Counted from the stretch's first letter, positions 1 to 8,234 are shown. The stretch is 63,167 nucleotides of DNA from Ktedonobacterales bacterium (GCA_015478575.1 JADMIN010000001.1:1-63167), one strand, 5' to 3'. Made by a program: numbers and translations. The notes: generated from the sequence alone by a model not told the origin.

Positions 1-29
1 CCCGCGGGGGAGGAGGAGACGACGACGCC

Positions 30-182
30 ATGAGCGACACGATGAGCGACACGATGAGCGACACGACACACCCGCGGACACGCCGGCGGCGGCCAACGCG
101 GCTGCCGGACCGCCTGAGCTTCGGCGCGCACGCGCCGGCCAGCGGCGAGGCCTGCGTCAGCGAGAGGAGTACAACGCGATGA
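30..182 (+). CDS. small hypothetical protein (50 aa) starting MSDT x3
   Basis: Below the ORF-track size cutoff. GGAGGAGGAG lies upstream of the ATG at 30. TGA 180-182 overlaps ATG 179 of the next gene (ATGA coupling). Confidence 0.35.
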   Translation: MSDTMSDTMSDTTHPRTRRRRPTRLPDRLSFGAHAPASGEACVSERSTTR

Positions 183-1129
183 GCCAGACGACACCAGAGC
201 CGACCCCGCCGCGCGGGCGCATCTCCCCGGACGCGTCGCGGCCGTCGCGGCGCGTGGTGCTGGCCGGGGGCTGCCACGCGGCCCCCGCCGCCCCGGCCAC
301 GCCCCCGACCGCGCCCCACGACGATGACGAGCAACCTATCATCGGCTGCCTGTTGGAGGTGACCAGCTGGCTGGCCGGTGGGCCGTGGACCGACCGACCC
401 GCGTGCGTCTCACCGGCGCTCGCCGCCTTCGGGCGCGCCTGGAATGACGGGCTGGACCGGTGGTGTCCGGACCTGCTGCCGGACCTGCTGGCCTACGCCC
501 CGCGGCTCATCGGCACGGCCGGGGACCTGGCGGCGGAGCGGCGCCGGGCGTGGCTGGCCGCCGATTGCGCCGTGCGGGTGATCGCGCCGGCGCACCTGCG
601 CCACGCGGGCCGGCAGGCGGACGCGGCGCGGCTGGCGGCGCTGCCGCCGGTGACGGACGCCACCTGGCGGGTGGCGTGGGATGCCTGCTGCCACGCCGCC
701 GCGGCCGCCGCCGAGGCCGCCGCGGCCGCCGCGTCCGCTGCCCATGCCGCCAAGGCCACCGATGCCGCCGCCGAGGCCGCCGAGGCCGGCGCCGAGGCCG
801 GCGCCGAGGCCGGCGCCGCCCATGCCGCCGCCGAGGCCGCCGAGGCCGCCGCCGCCGAGGCCGGCGCCGAGGCCGACGCCCGCGCCCGTGCCGCCGCCCG
901 TGCCGCCTATGCCGCCCGTGCCGCTGCCCATGCCGCTGCCCATGCCGACGCCGAGGCCGCCGAGGCCGCCGAGGCCGCCGAGGCCGCCCGTGCCGCCGAG
1001 GCCGCCTATGCCGCCCGTGCCGCCGCCGATGCCGCCTATGCCGCCCGTGCCGCCGCCGATGCCGGCGCCGTGCTCCGCGCACTGCACCCCCGGATGCGCG
1101 CGGTGTTCGAGCGGATGATCGATGTGTGA
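179..1129 (+). CDS. Ala-rich repeat protein with a globular N-terminal domain (Imm-5-like class, tentative)
   Basis: ORF track, 316 aa. Sensible N-terminal half (WLAADCAVRVIAP, WRVAWDAC), then periodic AAEAAEA / AAYAARAAADA repeats. ATGA coupling at the start. Confidence 0.55.
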   Translation: MSQTTPEPTPPRGRISPDASRPSRRVVLAGGCHAAPAAPATPPTAPHDDDEQPIIGCLLEVTSWLAGGPWTDRPACVSPALAAFGRAWNDGLDRWCPDLLPDLLAYAPRLIGTAGDLAAERRRAWLAADCAVRVIAPAHLRHAGRQADAARLAALPPVTDATWRVAWDACCHAAAAAAEAAAAAASAAHAAKATDAAAEAAEAGAEAGAEAGAAHAAAEAAEAAAAEAGAEADARARAAARAAYAARAAAHAAAHADAEAAEAAEAAEAARAAEAAYAARAAADAAYAARAAADAGAVLRALHPRMRAVFERMIDV

Positions 1130-1180
1130 GCACGACGAGCACGACGAGCATGCTGAGCACGCTGAGAGGAGCACCCGGCG

Positions 1181-1528
1181 ATGAGCGACGATGATGCGAC
1201 GACGACGCGGCGACGCATGGTCCTGGCTGAGATTGCCGCCGAGCGCCAGCGGCAGCCGGCGCGTGGCTGGACGGTGGAGCATGATCGCGGGCACGATGCG
1301 GAGGAATGGATAGCGATCATCGCCGGCTACCTCGACCGCGCGGCCGGCGTGTCCGCCTCGGCGCCGGCGGCGGTAGGCCGGCCCGCGGCGCTGCTGCTCT
1401 GGCGCCGGCGACTGATCCAGGTGGCCGCGCTGTGTGTGGCGGCGGTCGAGTCCTACGACCGCTATGTCGAGACAACAGAGGCTGCCGCTGCGCCGGCGGA
1501 GGAGGATGAGGAGGTGAGCGACCGATGA
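1181..1528 (+). CDS. hypothetical phage protein (ERQRQ..GWTVEHD motif)
   Basis: ORF track, 115 aa. The motif resembles small phage proteins related to the dATP/dGTP pyrophosphohydrolase N-terminal domain (tentative). The stop overlaps the next ATG (1525). Confidence 0.55.
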   Translation: MSDDDATTTRRRMVLAEIAAERQRQPARGWTVEHDRGHDAEEWIAIIAGYLDRAAGVSASAPAAVGRPAALLLWRRRLIQVAALCVAAVESYDRYVETTEAAAAPAEEDEEVSDR

Positions 1529-1803
1529 TGATCGCGCTGCGCTGGCTGTATGAGCACGCCATGCGGGACGACCCCACCGCCTGGCGTCCCCGTGACGGGG
1601 GGCCGGCACACTGCTGGCACTGCGGGCTGGCCTGCCCGAACGGTCCGCCCGCGCGGCCCACGCGGAAGGCGATCCCCGATACGTACACAGCGTATGACGT
1701 GGTGCGTGCCACCAGCAGTGGCTGGGTGTGTCCGGCCTGTGCCGCGTACTTCACCCCATGCCTGAAGGCAGGGGCCTCCGCGCCGTGTAGAGGTGAGCGA
1801 TGA
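1525..1803 (+). CDS. zinc-ribbon-like small protein
   Basis: 92 aa with CWHC..CPAC Cys pairs. ATGA coupling at both ends. Confidence 0.5.
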   Translation: MMIALRWLYEHAMRDDPTAWRPRDGGPAHCWHCGLACPNGPPARPTRKAIPDTYTAYDVVRATSSGWVCPACAAYFTPCLKAGASAPCRGER

Positions 1804-2009
1804 GTGCGGATGAGGCGGCAGAGCGGGAGCGCCGCGAGCGGGCACAGCGACTACGCAGGCCGCACTGCAACGCCTGCGGTACGCGGCACGGGGTGCATGC
1901 GTGTGGTATCTGTGGCGATCCGTTCTGCGGACTATGCGCGATGCAGCATCGCGCCTACTTCCACGGCACGCGCGTTCGGCGCGAGGAGGCCCAGCATGAG
2001 CGACAATGA
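1800..2009 (+). CDS. Cys-rich small protein
   Basis: 69 aa with CNAC..CGIC..CGLC. Start is coupled to the upstream stop. Confidence 0.5.
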   Translation: MSADEAAERERRERAQRLRRPHCNACGTRHGVHACGICGDPFCGLCAMQHRAYFHGTRVRREEAQHERQ

Positions 2010-2355
2010 GATGACAGTCACAACTACCGCGGCCACGGACGCGCTCCACGCTGCCTACGTGGCGGCAGAGGCGGCGCACAGCGCGGCAGAGGCGGCGCAC
2101 GATGAGGCGCGGCAGGCGCACGCACAGGCGGTGATGGCGCTGGTGCTCACCGAGCGGAACACACGGGCACGGCAGCGCGTGGTACGGGCCATCCACCACG
2201 CGGCGGCGCATCGGGAGACGGCGTTGCGGCGGCTCGAATGGGCGGCGGCGGAACGCTATGAGGCGGGCATACGCTATTGGGATGCCGTCGCGGACCAGCG
2301 GGAAGCGGATGCGGCGGCGCTGGTCGTGGTCGCTGTGACGGTAGTGGCGGCATGA
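1996..2355 (+). CDS. hypothetical Ala/Glu-rich helical protein
   Basis: Internal ATG of ORF 1804..2355, preceded by GAGGAGG. The upstream part of the ORF overlaps the previous gene out of frame. Confidence 0.5.
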   Translation: MSDNEMTVTTTAATDALHAAYVAAEAAHSAAEAAHDEARQAHAQAVMALVLTERNTRARQRVVRAIHHAAAHRETALRRLEWAAAERYEAGIRYWDAVADQREADAAALVVVAVTVVAA

Positions 2356-2627
2356 GCGAGGAAACGAGGCATGGCGCTATGGATGTTCTGCTATCCGGGC
2401 TACTCTGGCTCGTGAAAGCCGTGCTCGTGCTGTGGGGTGCCGCCGCACTGCTGCTTGCCGGCTGGTGCGTGGCGTGCGTCGTGGCCGGCATCTTCCACAA
2501 CTGTCTGCGTGACACGGTGGAACTGGCGGACGGCACGGTGGCGACCAGGGCACAGGTGACGCGCTGGCGGGCGATGAAAGAACGCTATCCGGCGACGACG
2601 GATGATGTGCTGGCGCGAGAGCCTTGA
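2352..2627 (+). CDS. small membrane protein
   Basis: Internal ATG of ORF 2277..2627 overlapping the upstream TGA (ATGA). Two hydrophobic helices (LLWLVKAVLVLWGAAALLLAGWCVACVVAGIF). Confidence 0.5.
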   Translation: MSEETRHGAMDVLLSGLLWLVKAVLVLWGAAALLLAGWCVACVVAGIFHNCLRDTVELADGTVATRAQVTRWRAMKERYPATTDDVLAREP

Positions 2628-2704
2628 ACGCATGCGCTGTCCGTCCTGGCAGCGACACGAGGATGCGGCAACGTGATAACGGCTGACTGATGAGGGAGGA
2701 CGCG

Positions 2705-3406
2705 ATGAGCAGTGACATGAGGACGCGGCCAGCGTATAGCGACTTCACTGATGCCTATACCGCATGGCACGTGGAGGCGGTGCGACTGGTCCGGCACTGG
2801 CTGGCGGAGAGTGAGCCGTGGTGGACGGAGGATTTGGTTCAGGACATCTGGCTGCGTCTCTATCAGGCATGGCGCGGCATGACGTGGGCCAATCGCGCCG
2901 CGCAACGCGCCTACATCCTCAATGCCATGCACAACCGCGTGCGCGACTATTACCGCCACCGGGCGCTGCCCGCCGCGCACACGCGCTCGTACTCGCGTGA
3001 CACCGCGCTCTACGCGCTGCTGGAGGCGGAACACGCCAGCGGCACGGATGCGGACGCCCTCGACGCACTGAGTGTGGCGCAGGAGACGGCGGCGACGGTG
3101 CGACGGGTGCTGGACGCCTACGCGCTGGCGAACTATCGCCGCCCGGCCACGCGCGAGCGCAACCGGCGCATCCTGACGCTGTGGCTGGCGGGCCTTGGCC
3201 CCACCGAGATTGTGCACGAGCTGGCCGCGCTCGGCTATCCCGCTTCTGGCGTGCCGGGCGAGGGCGTGAACGTCTCGGTCGTCAAGATGGTGACGATGCG
3301 GGCACGGGCGCGCCTGGCCGCCGCGCTCGGTGTGCCGCTGGACGATGATAACGACCGCGCAGCGCCACGCTCCACGCCAGCGGCAACACGACGGAAGGCG
3401 GCGTGA
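2705..3406 (+). CDS. ECF-type sigma-70 family factor
   Basis: Region 2 (EDLVQDIWLRLYQAW, AYILNAMHNRVRDYYR) and a region-4 HTH (RNRRILTLWLAGLGPTEIVHELA). GGAGGA lies 4 nt before the ATG at 2705; the ORF-track start is 2690. Confidence 0.7.
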   Translation: MSSDMRTRPAYSDFTDAYTAWHVEAVRLVRHWLAESEPWWTEDLVQDIWLRLYQAWRGMTWANRAAQRAYILNAMHNRVRDYYRHRALPAAHTRSYSRDTALYALLEAEHASGTDADALDALSVAQETAATVRRVLDAYALANYRRPATRERNRRILTLWLAGLGPTEIVHELAALGYPASGVPGEGVNVSVVKMVTMRARARLAAALGVPLDDDNDRAAPRSTPAATRRKAA

Positions 3407-3739
3407 ATGGAGATGGGTATACCGGACCAGCGGACACGGGTCGTCAACGTCCGACACGAGGACTGCGACCAGTACATCGGGCGGCGCATGCCGGGCTGGC
3501 CTGACGGCACGTGGGGCAATCCCTACAAGGTTGGGCGTGACGGCAGCCGGGCGGAAGTCATCGGCAAGTATCGTGAGTGGGTGCGCCATCAGCCGCACCT
3601 CGTGGCCCGCCTGCCGGAGCTACGCGGGAAAACGTTGGGCTGCTGGTGCGCTCCACGTGGTGGCCTGCCGGGCAACCTCCACGGCACGATCTGCCACGGT
3701 GAGGTGCTGGCGGCGCTGGCGGACATGCGTGAGGAATAG
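3407..3739 (+). CDS. DUF4326-family protein
   Basis: GNPYKVGRDG..VIGKYREWV..LRGKTLGCWC..CHGEVL matches the DUF4326 pattern. Confidence 0.75.
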   Translation: MEMGIPDQRTRVVNVRHEDCDQYIGRRMPGWPDGTWGNPYKVGRDGSRAEVIGKYREWVRHQPHLVARLPELRGKTLGCWCAPRGGLPGNLHGTICHGEVLAALADMREE

Positions 3740-3741
3740 CG

Positions 3742-3966
3742 GTGTTGTATATGCGTCTGGACGAGTTTGAGACGTGGCTCTACGACCACGCGTGGAGCCT
3801 TGAACGGGTGCGCGGCTCCCACCGCCGCTACCGCCACAGCGTGACGCACTACGCCGTAACCGTGGCGGTGCATGGCGACCGGGAGATACCGGACTACATC
3901 GTGCGGCACACGTTGAAGCGTATCGAGCGCATGCGCGGCACACGCGAGGGAGATACGACCGCATGA
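3742..3966 (+). CDS. hicA: HicA-like mRNA interferase toxin domain protein
   Basis: RGSHRRYRH..VTVAVHGDREIPDYIVRHTLKRI fits the HicA/YcfA pattern. GTG start 5 nt after GAGGAA. Confidence 0.6.
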   Translation: MLYMRLDEFETWLYDHAWSLERVRGSHRRYRHSVTHYAVTVAVHGDREIPDYIVRHTLKRIERMRGTREGDTTA

Positions 3967-4244
3967 ACAGTGAGCGTAAAGCGACCTATACCGCCTATTC
4001 CGCCATCACCCTGCCGCCATGCGACGACGTGCTGCCGGCGGATAGTGGCGTGTCCTGTTGCCCGTTCTGCCACCTGGACGGCGGCGACGGGAACACGGCC
4101 TTGATGGCGTCAGGGCTCACCCTGCGGCTACCGGAGCCGGATGGGCGCGAGGTCACGCACCTGTGCTGCGTGGCGCGGCAATATGCGCTGATGAGCATGG
4201 GCGCGACGTTCGTGGTCAATGAGGGGAGAGTGCAAGAGCCATGA
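3963..4244 (+). CDS. hypothetical Cys-rich protein
   Basis: 93 aa. Start overlaps the HicA-like stop (ATGA). No HicB-like motifs recognised. Confidence 0.45.
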   Translation: MNSERKATYTAYSAITLPPCDDVLPADSGVSCCPFCHLDGGDGNTALMASGLTLRLPEPDGREVTHLCCVARQYALMSMGATFVVNEGRVQEP

Positions 4245-4555
4245 GGACAACAACAGCGGCAGGCAAAGAGGAAACGTGGGACTATGACCCGCGCAATGGC
4301 TATGACGCCATTCGTGTTCATGCGCTCACCGAGTTGCGCATCAACGCCGGGGCGCTGCGCAATCTGGCGCGCGGGCTGCATGACATGATCGCGCTATCGA
4401 ACTGGCACGGCGTCGAACGCTACCTGCGTGAGATGGAGACGGCCACCGGCACGGCGGCAAGCGCGGCGGAATGGCTACGCGAGTGGGGCGATGAGCCGGA
4501 AGCGTGGCAGGAACGGTACGGGGAGACGGAGGGCAAGGTGAACAGCAATGCATGA
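4241..4555 (+). CDS. hypothetical protein
   Basis: 104 aa, ATGA coupling, balanced composition. Confidence 0.5.
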   Translation: MRTTTAAGKEETWDYDPRNGYDAIRVHALTELRINAGALRNLARGLHDMIALSNWHGVERYLREMETATGTAASAAEWLREWGDEPEAWQERYGETEGKVNSNA

Positions 4556-4667
4556 CGAGTGCATCATATGTCAGCGGACACTTGTTGGTCAGAAGCAGCA
4601 GACAACTGGCCGATGTCCCACTCACAGCGACGACGCGAGAGCGATACGAGGTTTGCGTTGGAGTAAG

Positions 4668-5024
4668 ATGGCTAGTATTGAGTGTGAGACACTAGCGACA
4701 CGTACCTACACGGAAGTCACAGTTGAAGACTTCTTGCGTGAGCGTGAACGGGCGCGAGTCGATGGTAACACCAGAGAAGTCGAGCGCCTACAGAATCTAG
4801 TGCGGCACGTTCCACTCGCCGAGCGCCCAGATAAACCGGCCATGCCTCAGGAGACGGGTGAACTCAAGCGCGCTGTCAACTTTGCTGCTTCCATGCTGAG
4901 GGAAGGCAAAGTGTTCATCGTCGCATCACAGATAGCCGCTAGATACTACCACGTTGACGTGAATGATGTGCGGCGCCTGCTAGCATCAAGGTCGGGTAAA
5001 CAACATCGCAATAGCCACTGCTAG
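4668..5024 (+). CDS. hypothetical protein in a low-GC islet (possible HTH at the C-terminus)
   Basis: Internal ATG of ORF 4548..5024, preceded by GGAG. Visibly A/T-richer than the surroundings. Followed by a perfect terminator. Confidence 0.5.
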   Translation: MASIECETLATRTYTEVTVEDFLRERERARVDGNTREVERLQNLVRHVPLAERPDKPAMPQETGELKRAVNFAASMLREGKVFIVASQIAARYYHVDVNDVRRLLASRSGKQHRNSHC

Positions 5025-5035
5025 CAGACACGAGA

Positions 5036-5073
5036 ATAGCCCCCGGTATCCACCATCGGATACCGGGGGCTAT
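5036..5073. terminator. bidirectional stem-loop terminator
   Basis: Perfect 16-bp stem (ATAGCCCCCGGTATCC / GGATACCGGGGGCTAT) with a 6-nt loop, between convergent genes. Confidence 0.8.
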
Positions 5074-5142
5074 TGTCTCTATGTCCACGCGCTGGCTCGC
5101 GCGTTATTGTCGCCGGTTGCCGCACATCCTATGCCGCCGCTA

Positions 5143-6147
5143 TCACGCGCTCTGAGCCGCCGCATTCCCGGCGCGATTGCCGCTGGTATACGCGCCGTCC
5201 ACCCACGCTTTCACCGCCGCTTTCGGCGCGACATAGGAGCGGCCAACACGGCGACCCTTCGACAGCACGGACATCGCCTCGGAGGCGCGGTCATCGCTCA
5301 CGATAGCACCGTGTTTCGCACGCGCATAGCGTTGCAAATCATCCCGCTTCCACATGCCACTGGGCACGGCCCGAATGCCAGGAGTATTCCGGCGTGACGT
5401 GCGGCGATTGCCCCCGCTATTGCCGCCGTCATCAGGGGGGATATCATCGCTCGATACCGCCGCTAGCGAGGCGTCCAATGTCGGGGTATTGGCGTCGTCT
5501 ATGGGGGGAGTATCGAGTGGGGTCACACGCCCCATTGCCGCCGCGGTCATCTGCCGCATACCCGCCGCTTTCACCGCTCTGAGTTCCGCCTTATGCCGTG
5601 CCGCTTGCAGCTCACGCGCCTCACGTTCTTGCCGTTCCTCAGCCGTCTCGATTGCGGTGGCTTTGGTCGGCTCATAGCGGAGCAATCCTGAGAGGATAAC
5701 CAGCACAACCGCCAGCAGGGAACGCGCCACAATCCATGACGTGCTATCCATGCCGAGCCGGGCTAAAGCGTCCTGTGTCGAGATGCCTAATGCCTGCTGT
5801 GTGGCGAACACATTGGAGGCGAGATAGGCCACATAGCCGAGCGCCGCAATCAGGGGGATATACGCCACGCCATGCCAGGGGTGATGACCGCGGAATGCCC
5901 GCCCAATCTTCACCGCCGCGCCAATCAATTGACCGTCCACACCCAGGGCTTGACTGATAGCCCAGGCGTACAATAAGGCCGGCGCCGAGGCCAGCAGCTG
6001 GCCATCGGTCAACAGGTCTATCAGGCTGATGCCTAAGCCCGCCGTAAGCATCGGCCCTGAGCCAATCGTGATTAATTCCTCAGCCCAGCGGAGTATCGCC
6101 CCGATGCCCGCCAGCATCGGCAGTTCCGTTGTCTCGCTCATTGCCAT
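5143..6147 (-). CDS. multi-pass membrane protein with a coiled coil and a basic C-terminal domain (DUF2637-like topology, tentative)
   Basis: ATG at 6147 is preceded by GAGAGG. About 4-5 hydrophobic helices, then ERQEREARELQAARHKAELRA, then a basic tail. Confidence 0.6.
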   Translation of the reverse strand: MAMSETTELPMLAGIGAILRWAEELITIGSGPMLTAGLGISLIDLLTDGQLLASAPALLYAWAISQALGVDGQLIGAAVKIGRAFRGHHPWHGVAYIPLIAALGYVAYLASNVFATQQALGISTQDALARLGMDSTSWIVARSLLAVVLVILSGLLRYEPTKATAIETAEERQEREARELQAARHKAELRAVKAAGMRQMTAAAMGRVTPLDTPPIDDANTPTLDASLAAVSSDDIPPDDGGNSGGNRRTSRRNTPGIRAVPSGMWKRDDLQRYARAKHGAIVSDDRASEAMSVLSKGRRVGRSYVAPKAAVKAWVDGAYTSGNRAGNAAAQSA

Positions 6148-6172
6148 CGTCGCACCTCTCACCGTGCTACTG

Positions 6173-6202
6173 TTGACGTACTAACCGTGCATGACGTATG
6201 AT
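6173..6202 (+). promoter_or_regulatory. sigma-70-like promoter reading rightward
   Basis: TTGACG (6173-6178), 18-nt spacer, TATGAT (6197-6202). Confidence 0.55.
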
Positions 6203-6227
6203 ACCGTATAGGTACCAACGGCGTCAA
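6198..6227 (-). promoter_or_regulatory. sigma-70-like promoter reading leftward
   Basis: On the minus strand: TTGACG (complement of 6222-6227), 18-nt spacer, TATCAT (complement of 6198-6203). Its -10 overlaps the rightward -10. Confidence 0.5.
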
Positions 6228-6248
6228 ACATCCACGTACACTAACGTA

Positions 6249-6273
6249 TTCAGACGCACAAGTTCAGACGCAC
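6249..6273 (+). promoter_or_regulatory. direct-repeat candidate operator
   Basis: TTCAGACGCAC occurs twice (6249-6259 and 6263-6273) in the leader of the 6299 gene. Confidence 0.4.
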
Positions 6274-6298
6274 CAGCTAGCGTGAGAGGAGCGCAGGT

Positions 6299-6508
6299 AT
6301 GCCGCGTAAAGCACCGGCAGGCTATACGCATATTGAGGACGCCGTAGAGAAGTGGGGCAAGTACCGCACATGGTGGTATGAGCAGGTCCGCGACGGGCGT
6401 TTGACTGGCTATGAAATTGAGGGCGAGCGCGGCACGTTCCTGAAGGACGGTGAAGCGGCGCCACTGGCAGAGCCAAAGCCGAAGGGGCAGCAACAGAGCG
6501 CGGGATAG
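6299..6508 (+). CDS. Xis/MerR-like helix-turn-helix small protein (possible excisionase or Cro-like regulator)
   Basis: 69 aa. GAGGAG lies before the ATG. YTHIEDAVEKWGKYRTWWYEQVRDGRLTGYE resembles the excisionase-type HTH. Confidence 0.55.
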   Translation: MPRKAPAGYTHIEDAVEKWGKYRTWWYEQVRDGRLTGYEIEGERGTFLKDGEAAPLAEPKPKGQQQSAG

Positions 6509-6582
6509 GGGCAGGCTTCAGGGGACATGAGAGCATCCATCAGTCCGCACTATTCCTAGAGGGAACGGGGGCTTCGGGGGAC

Positions 6583-7095
6583 ATGGCGATAGCGACAGAG
6601 ACGTATCAGTTTACTGAGATGGAGCTAGGGCGGTGGGGCGGCACGGTCCCGGCGGTCTATCTCAAGGGCAACCGCAAAGACCGCTATGTGCTCCACCGCG
6701 CCATGTGTGCCCTGCTCGGCGTGGAGCGCAAGCGCCAACTACGCATCGTTCGCGCCAAGTACGGCGCGGCCTTGCGCGTCATCCCGATAGAGACGCCAGC
6801 CGGAGTGCGTCCGGCACACTGGATACGCACGGGTGAATGCGCCTTGTGGGTCGGGGGCATCAATCCCGCCCGGTGCAAACTGGCGACACGTGAGAACCTT
6901 GAAGCGTTCCAGGCGGACTTCAAGGCTGAGGCGGAACGTCTTCTGTTCGAGGGACCGCGCACGCCGGCATCCAGGCGCGGCATGTTCGCGCACAGCGAGC
7001 GCATGGAGTACGTGTTCTCGTGCCTCTACTGCGGTGGGGGCCATCGCATCATTGCGCGGAATGGAGAGGTGACGCTGGAACGATACGAGTGCTGA
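6583..7095 (+). CDS. antirepressor-like protein (P22 AR N-terminal-like, tentative)
   Basis: 170 aa with the pattern LHRAMCALLGV..WIRTGECALWVGGINP..LEAFQADFKAEAERLLF. Confidence 0.5.
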   Translation: MAIATETYQFTEMELGRWGGTVPAVYLKGNRKDRYVLHRAMCALLGVERKRQLRIVRAKYGAALRVIPIETPAGVRPAHWIRTGECALWVGGINPARCKLATRENLEAFQADFKAEAERLLFEGPRTPASRRGMFAHSERMEYVFSCLYCGGGHRIIARNGEVTLERYEC

Positions 7096-7172
7096 TGCAC
7101 AGGACTGGCGGACATTGCGCCAGGTAGCAAAAATGACCGCGAAATATCCATCCAGATTGCCCGCAATCCCTG

Positions 7173-7201
7173 TTACTTTTGCACGGTTATATACGTATAA
7201 T
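7173..7201 (+). promoter_or_regulatory. sigma-70-like promoter
   Basis: TTACTT, 17-nt spacer, TATAAT in an A/T-rich gap upstream of 7279. Confidence 0.5.
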
Positions 7202-7278
7202 ACTATAGAGATGCACGATAGGAGCATCCACGAGGCGAGACCGAGCGAGACGAGAGCGACGGAGAGAGGCAAGACGAG

Positions 7279-7626
7279 ATGACGACATACACAGTGGGTC
7301 AGGCGCTTGAGGCGGCGGCGGCGGCGGCGGCGGGTGCTACGGATGACCTCTACATCCGCTTTGACGAGTGTGAGTATGCAGCCGGCGACGCGCTGCCATG
7401 CAGTCGCGTGTGGATTGATGGCGACCCGACAGACGAGTATCTGCCCGGCACATCAGCCTTGCGGCTCGATTACACCTACGCTCAGCGGACGCGAGACTAT
7501 CTGCGCTACTTCGGCCATGTCTACCCCGTGTGCGGCGATGGCGGTCTCTACGGTGAGGATGTCGGCGAAGCGATTGTGCGTCATGCCACCGTCGTGTGCA
7601 AGCTGCTGACGATGGTCCAAGGCTAG
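7279..7626 (+). CDS. hypothetical protein
   Basis: 115 aa. GGAGAGAGG lies upstream. Confidence 0.5.
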   Translation: MTTYTVGQALEAAAAAAAGATDDLYIRFDECEYAAGDALPCSRVWIDGDPTDEYLPGTSALRLDYTYAQRTRDYLRYFGHVYPVCGDGGLYGEDVGEAIVRHATVVCKLLTMVQG

Positions 7627-7691
7627 GCGAGACAGACGGCGGAGCGGTGGTGAGCCGCTCCGCGACGGAGGGCACACGGAGGGCACGACAC

Positions 7692-8183
7692 ATGGACATG
7701 CAGGCAACGAAGCAAGAGACGGCGGACATCATGTACATCATCGGGCGTATCTTTGCCCGCCTAGAGGCGGGTGGGGCGTTTGCGCCGGATGACCAGCCGC
7801 GCCAGTACACGCTCGTGAGCGGCAATCCGGCGCGGCATCTCCCGCCGCTGGTGGCGCGCCTTATCGAGCGCGGCAAGGGCGATATGCTAGCGGACCTCAT
7901 GGCACAGATACCAACCGAGACACTGCCGGGCATGGTGAGCGGTGCGGGGCTGTCCGCCTTTGGCCTGGGCTACTACCATCAAAAAGCGCAGGACCGCCCG
8001 CGTGAGGGGGGCCGCCCCGCGGTCTATGACGAGCCACGTACCCGCGTCTACCTCAGCCTGACCGACCGCCTGCTGGCGGCGCTAGACAAGCGCGCGCGGG
8101 CGCGGGATGGCGGCAACCGCACGGCGGCTATCGAGCGGCTGCTCCGGGAGGCGCTGGGCCTGCCGCCGCTCACCGAGCGGTAG
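7692..8183 (+). CDS. protein with a C-terminal ribbon-helix-helix domain
   Basis: Internal ATG of ORF 7596..8183, after GGAGGG. The C-terminus RVYLSLTDRLLAALDKRARARDGGNRTAAIERLLREAL is CopG/RHH-like. Confidence 0.55.
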   Translation: MDMQATKQETADIMYIIGRIFARLEAGGAFAPDDQPRQYTLVSGNPARHLPPLVARLIERGKGDMLADLMAQIPTETLPGMVSGAGLSAFGLGYYHQKAQDRPREGGRPAVYDEPRTRVYLSLTDRLLAALDKRARARDGGNRTAAIERLLREALGLPPLTER

Positions 8184-8201
8184 CGCCATCTCTCAGGCAA
8201 C

Positions 8202-8234
8202 AAAAAAAGCGGCCAGCCCGATGAAGGCTGGCCG
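8202..8234 (-). terminator. rho-independent terminator for the minus-strand lysis operon
   Basis: Stem CGGCCAGCC/GGCTGGCCG with a 7-nt loop, followed on the minus strand by T7 (plus-strand A7 at 8202-8208). Confidence 0.7.

Noticed and set aside
410-1609. 399-aa minus-strand ORF plus several other ORFs stacked on 460-1200.
   Set aside because: These are all alternative readings of the Ala-codon repeat array (poly-G/R/P products). Only the plus frame has a sensible N-terminal domain and start coupling.
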